The notes beneath the pieces are model-generated. The model ran no database searches. It had not been told where the DNA came from and saw only the letters and a program-made list of their open reading frames with translations. From assembly GCA_045590655.1 (NCBI GenBank), contig JAZNRI010000070.1:101100-165099 (forward strand): a stretch of 64,000 nt of DNA, given 5' to 3'. Numbering within the stretch: the stretch's first letter is position 1; the number at the start of each line of letters is the position of its first letter. The DNA comes from Lachnospiraceae bacterium (GTDB taxonomy: Bacteria; Bacillota; Clostridia; Lachnospirales; Lachnospiraceae). A program made the position numbers and the translations under genes. Positions 59,264 through 64,000 of this stretch are shown piece by piece.

Positions 59264-60604
59264 ATGGATATAAAGAAAACGGATGTAAAAGAAAAAGTGA
59301 ATACAGAAGAACGTCCGATTGCCATTTCGGTGGATAATGTCAGCAAGGTCTATAAGCTTTTTACAAAGCCTGCGGACCGTGTGATTGATGCGTTACATTT
59401 GGCACCCTGGAAAAAAGTGCCGGAGCATCATGCTTTAAACGATGTGAGTTTTGAGGTAAAACAGGGCGAGATGGTGGGTATTATCGGTACTAACGGTTCC
59501 GGCAAATCAACCATTCTGAAAATCATTACCGGCGTTCTTCATCCTACAAAGGGTGATGTGAAAGTAAACGGCCGTATTTCTGCACTTTTAGAATTGGGTG
59601 CCGGTTTTAACAGAGAATATACCGGTATTGAAAATATATACTTAAACGGTACGATGATTGGGTTCTCGAAAGAGGAAATTGATGCGAAGTTAAAGGATAT
59701 TCTGGATTTCGCAGATATTGGTGACTTCGTATATCAGCCGGTTAAGACATACTCGTCCGGTATGTTTGTGCGTCTGGCATTTGCGGTAGCAATCAATATC
59801 GAACCGGAAATTTTGATTGTAGACGAGGCTTTGGCGGTAGGTGACGTATTCTTCCAGGCGAAGTGTTATCGTAAGTTTGATGAATTTAAGAAAAAAGGCA
59901 AAACCATTCTTTTTGTAAGCCACGATTTGAGTAGTATCGTAAAATATTGTGACCGCGTAGTCTTGCTTAATAAAGGTACGAAACTTGGCGAAGGCAAGGC
60001 CAAAGAAATGATTGATGTTTATAAGCAGGTGCTTGTAGGACAATATGATGAAAACGATACGAAAGAGGCGACGGAAACCACGGCAAACATTGATGGCGGC
60101 GCCAATGAAGAATTGCTGGAGTATGGTTCCAGAAAAGCGGAGATTACGGAGTGTTATATTACCGATAATAAGGGAAAACGTACCAATGCCCTGATTAAGG
60201 GCGAGCCTTTTACCATTCATATGAAGGCTTCTTTTGCGGAACGTGTGCAGGCGCCGATTTTTGCGTTTACCATTAAAAATGCAAGAGGTACGGAGATTAC
60301 GGGTACTAACACTATGTTCGAAAAAGCCTTTATGGAGGCAGTGGACAAGGGTGTAACCAAGGAAGTAACATTTACCCAGAAGATGGATTTACAGGGTGGT
60401 GATTACCTGCTGTCGTTAGGTCTTACAGGCTATGAGGGAAGCGATTTTACGGTATATCATCGCTTGTATGATGCGGTAAGCATCAGCGTTATTTCAGACA
60501 AGGATACTGTGGGATTCTATGATATGAATTCCAAAGTGGAAGTAAAAGACGTCGGAAAAAACGGCGAGAACGATAAAATTATAAGAATGCCTCAGGCGAG
60601 ATAG
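59264..60604 (+). CDS. wzt: Polysaccharide ABC transporter ATPase with C-terminal carbohydrate-binding (Wzt_C) domain
   Basis: GTNGSGKST, ALLELGAGF, YSSGM, DEALAVGD, FVSH; ~150 aa C-terminal domain. Confidence 0.92.
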   Translation: MDIKKTDVKEKVNTEERPIAISVDNVSKVYKLFTKPADRVIDALHLAPWKKVPEHHALNDVSFEVKQGEMVGIIGTNGSGKSTILKIITGVLHPTKGDVKVNGRISALLELGAGFNREYTGIENIYLNGTMIGFSKEEIDAKLKDILDFADIGDFVYQPVKTYSSGMFVRLAFAVAINIEPEILIVDEALAVGDVFFQAKCYRKFDEFKKKGKTILFVSHDLSSIVKYCDRVVLLNKGTKLGEGKAKEMIDVYKQVLVGQYDENDTKEATETTANIDGGANEELLEYGSRKAEITECYITDNKGKRTNALIKGEPFTIHMKASFAERVQAPIFAFTIKNARGTEITGTNTMFEKAFMEAVDKGVTKEVTFTQKMDLQGGDYLLSLGLTGYEGSDFTVYHRLYDAVSISVISDKDTVGFYDMNSKVEVKDVGKNGENDKIIRMPQAR

Positions 60605-60627
60605 AAGCTTACGAGGACGGAGGAAAG

Positions 60628-62703
60628 ATGCAGGAACAAATCGGAAAGATTATTCTTGATAAAAAGTATTATCCCGGTGTGGATTTGTATTGCGACGGCG
60701 TAATTGAGGACGAGATTCTTGATATTGTGCAAACAACCAAGCCGGAAGATTACCGCAAGGTGATTGAAGAGCGTGCCAGCTGGCCGATTTTTTATCATCT
60801 TTCTTCTTTGCGCGAAAATATTGTGGAATGGCTTCCGATTGAGAAGAATGACAAGGTTTTGGAAGTCGGTTCCGGTTGCGGTGCCATTACAGGTGCCCTG
60901 GCGCGCAAGGCAGGAAGCGTAACTTGTATCGATTTATCCAGAAAGCGCAGTCAAATCAATGCGTATAGGCATCAGGATTTGGATAATATCTATATTCACG
61001 TTGGTAATTTTAAGGACGTGGAAAAGGATTTGGACTGCGATTACGATTATGTAATGCTTATAGGCGTGTTTGAATACGGACAGGGTTATATGGGGGCCGA
61101 AACGCCCTATGAAGATTTTATGAATATTTTAAAAAAACACTTAAAACCCGGTGGGCGTATGGTGATTGCCATTGAAAATAAGCTGGGACTTAAGTACTTG
61201 GCGGGATGTAAAGAAGATCATACCGGCAAATATTTCGACGGCATTGAAGATTATCCTTCGGGCGAAGGCAGTGCGAGAACTTTCACAAGAGAAGGTCTTG
61301 AAAAAATTATGAAAAATTGCGGTGTGGAGGAATATTCCTTCTATTATCCGTATCCGGACTATAAGTTCCCTACCACTGTTTTCTCGGACCGGAAACTTCC
61401 GAAGGTGGGTGAATTGTACCAGAATATCCGCAATTTTGACAGAGACAGAGTGCTTTTGTTCGATGAGCAGAAAGCGTTTGATATGATTATACGAGAAGGC
61501 GCTTTTGAACGGTATTCCAACTCTTATATGGTAGTTATCGGACCGGAGTTTGAAACGGAATATGTAAAATATTCCAACGATCGTGCACCGGAATTTGCAA
61601 TCCGTACGGATATTGTCAAAGAACAGGGGAAGCGTATTGTACGTAAATATGCCAATACAAGTTCGGCAAAGGCGCATATTTCCAATATGGAAAATATGTA
61701 TGCAAGGTTGAAAGAGGCTTATGAAGGAACGGGGCTTGAAATAAATATCTGTCAAAAAGATGATTGCGCGGAATTTGAATTCTTAGAGGGTGTTACCTTG
61801 GAAGAAATTCTGGACGAACTTTTGATGAAGGATAAAAAAGAAGAATTCCTTGCATTAATAGATAAGTACCGAACAATTATTAAAAAAGGTTGCGAGGCTG
61901 AAATTGCGGATTACGATTTGATTTTCCAGAATATTATGGTTAGCGGTGAGCGATGGACCGTAATTGATTACGAGTGGACATTCGAACGTAAAATTTCTGC
62001 GGAACTTTTATTCAGAAGAGCGTTGTATTGCTATTTTGCAGACCGTAAGAACAGGGAAAAAGCAAAAGAGTGGATTGTGGCATTTTACAATGACACTACT
62101 TTGTTTGAAGGCGAACTCTGGGAGACTGTTTTAAAAGCAGAGAAAGAATTTCAACGTTTTGTGCAGGGAGACTATATGGCGGTATCTGAACTTCGTCATG
62201 CCATCGGTAATCCCGTGTATTCCCTGGATTACCTTTTGAATGCGGTAGGCGCAAGAAACAACGGAATCCAGATATACGAAGATTATGGAAAGGGCTTTTC
62301 GGAAGAGCAGTCCTATCGTATCCATCAAATTGCCCGCGTCGGCGATATATATGAGTTTGATATAAAATTAAATCGAGATTTAACAAATATTAGAATAGAT
62401 CCTTGCGACAGACCTTGCATTGTAAATGTCGAGTCTGTATTGTTTGAGGGTGAAGAAAAGGTATCTGCGCTTGCAGGCAAGGGAAAGAACGGAATGCGTT
62501 CCCATAATGGTGTGAGATTGACGGATACGTCCTTCTTCTTTGCGGATTGTGATCCGCATTTTCAGTGGAAGGTATCGGAATATGCCAAGAAGACGGATGC
62601 GGTATTGCACGTAAAGTTGAAGATGGAATACCTTTCGCCGGAAATTGCGCAGAAGTTGTATGCGGGTTTTGGCATCAAAGGAAAACTTGGGAGTGGTAGA
62701 TAA
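60628..62703 (+). CDS. Class I SAM methyltransferase fused to a kinase-like domain (WbdD-like glycan terminator)
   Basis: VLEVGSGCG; then VRKY, EFLEG.TLEE, DLIFQNI, VIDYE; beta-rich C-terminal domain. Confidence 0.7.
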   Translation: MQEQIGKIILDKKYYPGVDLYCDGVIEDEILDIVQTTKPEDYRKVIEERASWPIFYHLSSLRENIVEWLPIEKNDKVLEVGSGCGAITGALARKAGSVTCIDLSRKRSQINAYRHQDLDNIYIHVGNFKDVEKDLDCDYDYVMLIGVFEYGQGYMGAETPYEDFMNILKKHLKPGGRMVIAIENKLGLKYLAGCKEDHTGKYFDGIEDYPSGEGSARTFTREGLEKIMKNCGVEEYSFYYPYPDYKFPTTVFSDRKLPKVGELYQNIRNFDRDRVLLFDEQKAFDMIIREGAFERYSNSYMVVIGPEFETEYVKYSNDRAPEFAIRTDIVKEQGKRIVRKYANTSSAKAHISNMENMYARLKEAYEGTGLEINICQKDDCAEFEFLEGVTLEEILDELLMKDKKEEFLALIDKYRTIIKKGCEAEIADYDLIFQNIMVSGERWTVIDYEWTFERKISAELLFRRALYCYFADRKNREKAKEWIVAFYNDTTLFEGELWETVLKAEKEFQRFVQGDYMAVSELRHAIGNPVYSLDYLLNAVGARNNGIQIYEDYGKGFSEEQSYRIHQIARVGDIYEFDIKLNRDLTNIRIDPCDRPCIVNVESVLFEGEEKVSALAGKGKNGMRSHNGVRLTDTSFFFADCDPHFQWKVSEYAKKTDAVLHVKLKMEYLSPEIAQKLYAGFGIKGKLGSGR

Positions 62704-62705
62704 GA

Positions 62706-64000
62706 ATGCTAAACGGTCTGAAACGAAAAATTCAGAATTGCATGATTGTGCGTTGCGTCAAAGAGTATGAGGCGGACTTAAAAGCACAGCAGAATGCCTA
62801 TGATGCTTTTATGTTAAAACAGGAAGAAAACCTGCGTCGTACCTACGAGAACAAGGCTTGTAATCTTACTGCCAAGGTTGTGACAAAAGAAGAATTCGTG
62901 GATTTTTGCGGAAACTTCGAACCGATTCGAGAAGATATACTGATTGTGGTAAATTCCTGCGGTATCCTGAATCCCGTGGCTGAAAAGGCAATTTTATGCT
63001 GTTTTGAAGAGAATCCCCAAGGCAAGCTTTTATATGCTGATGAAGACGTGTGTATCGGCAGGGAAGGGGACTTGGAAACCTTCCGCCAGAGAGGCGTAAA
63101 ACTTTCGGAACGCTGTTATCCGAACTTAAAGCCTATGCCGTCGCCGGAGACATTTTTATCTTATCAGTATTTGGGCAATGTTTGGGCGGTTCGCACTGAA
63201 TTGTGCAAAGAAATTGCGTGGCCGGCAGATTGCGATAAGAAGCAGGCTGAGTATGCGTTTCTGTTAAATGTGTGGGAAAAGGCCGGGATTTCAGGGATTT
63301 TGCACTTGCCTGAGATTCTTTATCACAAGTTTGAATTACGAAGAAAGCACGAGAACGGAAGCTTTTATTCCAGGGAAGAAATGGAACGCGTTTTGCGGGA
63401 TGAAGACTTCTATGAGGGAAATGAGCCCGGTTATAATACTATAAAAGAGGCGTATTGCCACAGACAGGGCATTGAATGCAAGATGAACGCGGAAGACGGA
63501 TATTCCTATCCGGTTTATCCTGTGCCTGCTGAAACTTTGGTCAGCATATTAATTCCTTCAAAGGATAATCCGGAAGTGTTGCGTAAGTGCATTTCTTCTA
63601 TATATGAGAAGAGTACTTATAAGAAGTTTGAAATCGTTGTAGTGGATAACGGAAGCAACGAAGAGAATAAGGCGATGATAGAGGCGATAAAAGAGGAATA
63701 TCCTTTTACCTATCTCTATCGGCCTATGGATTTTAATTATTCCAAAATGAACAATATAGCGTCAAAAGAAGCGAAAGGCGATGTGTTGTTGCTTCTGAAT
63801 GATGATATGGAAGTGGTAACGCCGGATTGGCTGGAGCGTATGGCGGGACAACTTCTGCAGCCGGGAATCGGTGCCGTAGGTGCGAAACTTTTGTACCCGG
63901 ATTCTGCCTTGATTCAGCATGTAGGTATCACCAATGCAGTAGACGGACCGGTGCATAAACTTTTAAGAAAAGATGATACTGCCTCCTATAATCACGGAAG
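62706..64000 (+). CDS. Multi-domain GT2 glycosyltransferase, 3' truncated by window edge (absent from ORF track)
   Basis: I translated 62706-63570 without a stop: LYADED, LHLPEILYH, then SILIPSKD. Downstream in the same frame: VVDNGS, FNYSKMNN, LLNDD, GAKLLYP..QHVG. Confidence 0.88.
   Translation, partial: MLNGLKRKIQNCMIVRCVKEYEADLKAQQNAYDAFMLKQEENLRRTYENKACNLTAKVVTKEEFVDFCGNFEPIREDILIVVNSCGILNPVAEKAILCCFEENPQGKLLYADEDVCIGREGDLETFRQRGVKLSERCYPNLKPMPSPETFLSYQYLGNVWAVRTELCKEIAWPADCDKKQAEYAFLLNVWEKAGISGILHLPEILYHKFELRRKHENGSFYSREEMERVLRDEDFYEGNEPGYNTIKEAYCHRQGIECKMNAEDGYSYPVYPVPAETLVSILIPSKDNPEVLRKCISSIYEKSTYKKFEIVVVDNGSNEENKAMIEAIKEEYPFTYLYRPMDFNYSKMNNIASKEAKGDVLLLLNDDMEVVTPDWLERMAGQLLQPGIGAVGAKLLYPDSALIQHVGITNAVDGPVHKLLRKDDTASYNHG

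Noticed and set aside
896-63956. Many 60-270 aa antisense or overlapping ORFs in the track (e.g. 46076..46894, 61141..61755)
   Set aside because: They lie within well-supported genes and show no motifs. They look like shadow ORFs of biased codon usage.
1-64000. CRISPR arrays, IS/transposases, integrases, rRNA/tRNA
   Set aside because: I saw no spaced repeats, terminal inverted repeats, recombinase motifs or RNA gene signatures. Gaps are small and mostly explained by promoters and terminators.
1-64000. Frequent CCGG/ACCGG and apparently higher GC after ~45 kb
   Set aside because: Only an impression by eye, and it could be genome-wide codon preference. A sliding-window calculation is needed before claiming horizontal transfer.

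Overview
A gene-dense, almost entirely + strand surface-glycan region from an anaerobic Firmicute. The Lachnospiraceae/Clostridia-like assignment is inferred from gene content and sigmaA promoters. From left to right: (1) the 3' end of an operon encoding an adenylation enzyme, a formyltransferase, a DltC-like carrier protein and an AAC(3)-family acyltransferase; (2) a long operon with a priming transferase, a Wzz/pseudo-kinase fusion, an EpsG/Wzy polymerase, GT2/GT4/GT8-like and sialyltransferase-like enzymes, a PglK/MsbA-type ABC flippase (no Wzx seen), four GtrB/ArnC-like GT2s, six GT-C-like membrane proteins, WecE, PglF/PglE-like enzymes and a WaaL-like protein; (3) an AraC gene divergent from the GDP-fucose operon gmd-fcl-manC-manA; (4) a large membrane-anchored GH25 lysozyme with a WalR-type box at its promoter; (5) pseC, a pseI-formyltransferase fusion and pseG; (6) rmlB-rmlA-GH25-rmlC-wzm-wzt, a methyltransferase/kinase-like (WbdD-like) protein and a GT2 running off the end. 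I saw no RNA genes, CRISPR arrays or mobile elements. The best novel-system candidates are the dissociated NRPS-like A-F-T-acyltransferase module, the PseI-formyltransferase fusion, and the GtrB/GT-C extracytoplasmic glycan-decoration array. All functional calls rest on motifs read by eye; no database searches were run.
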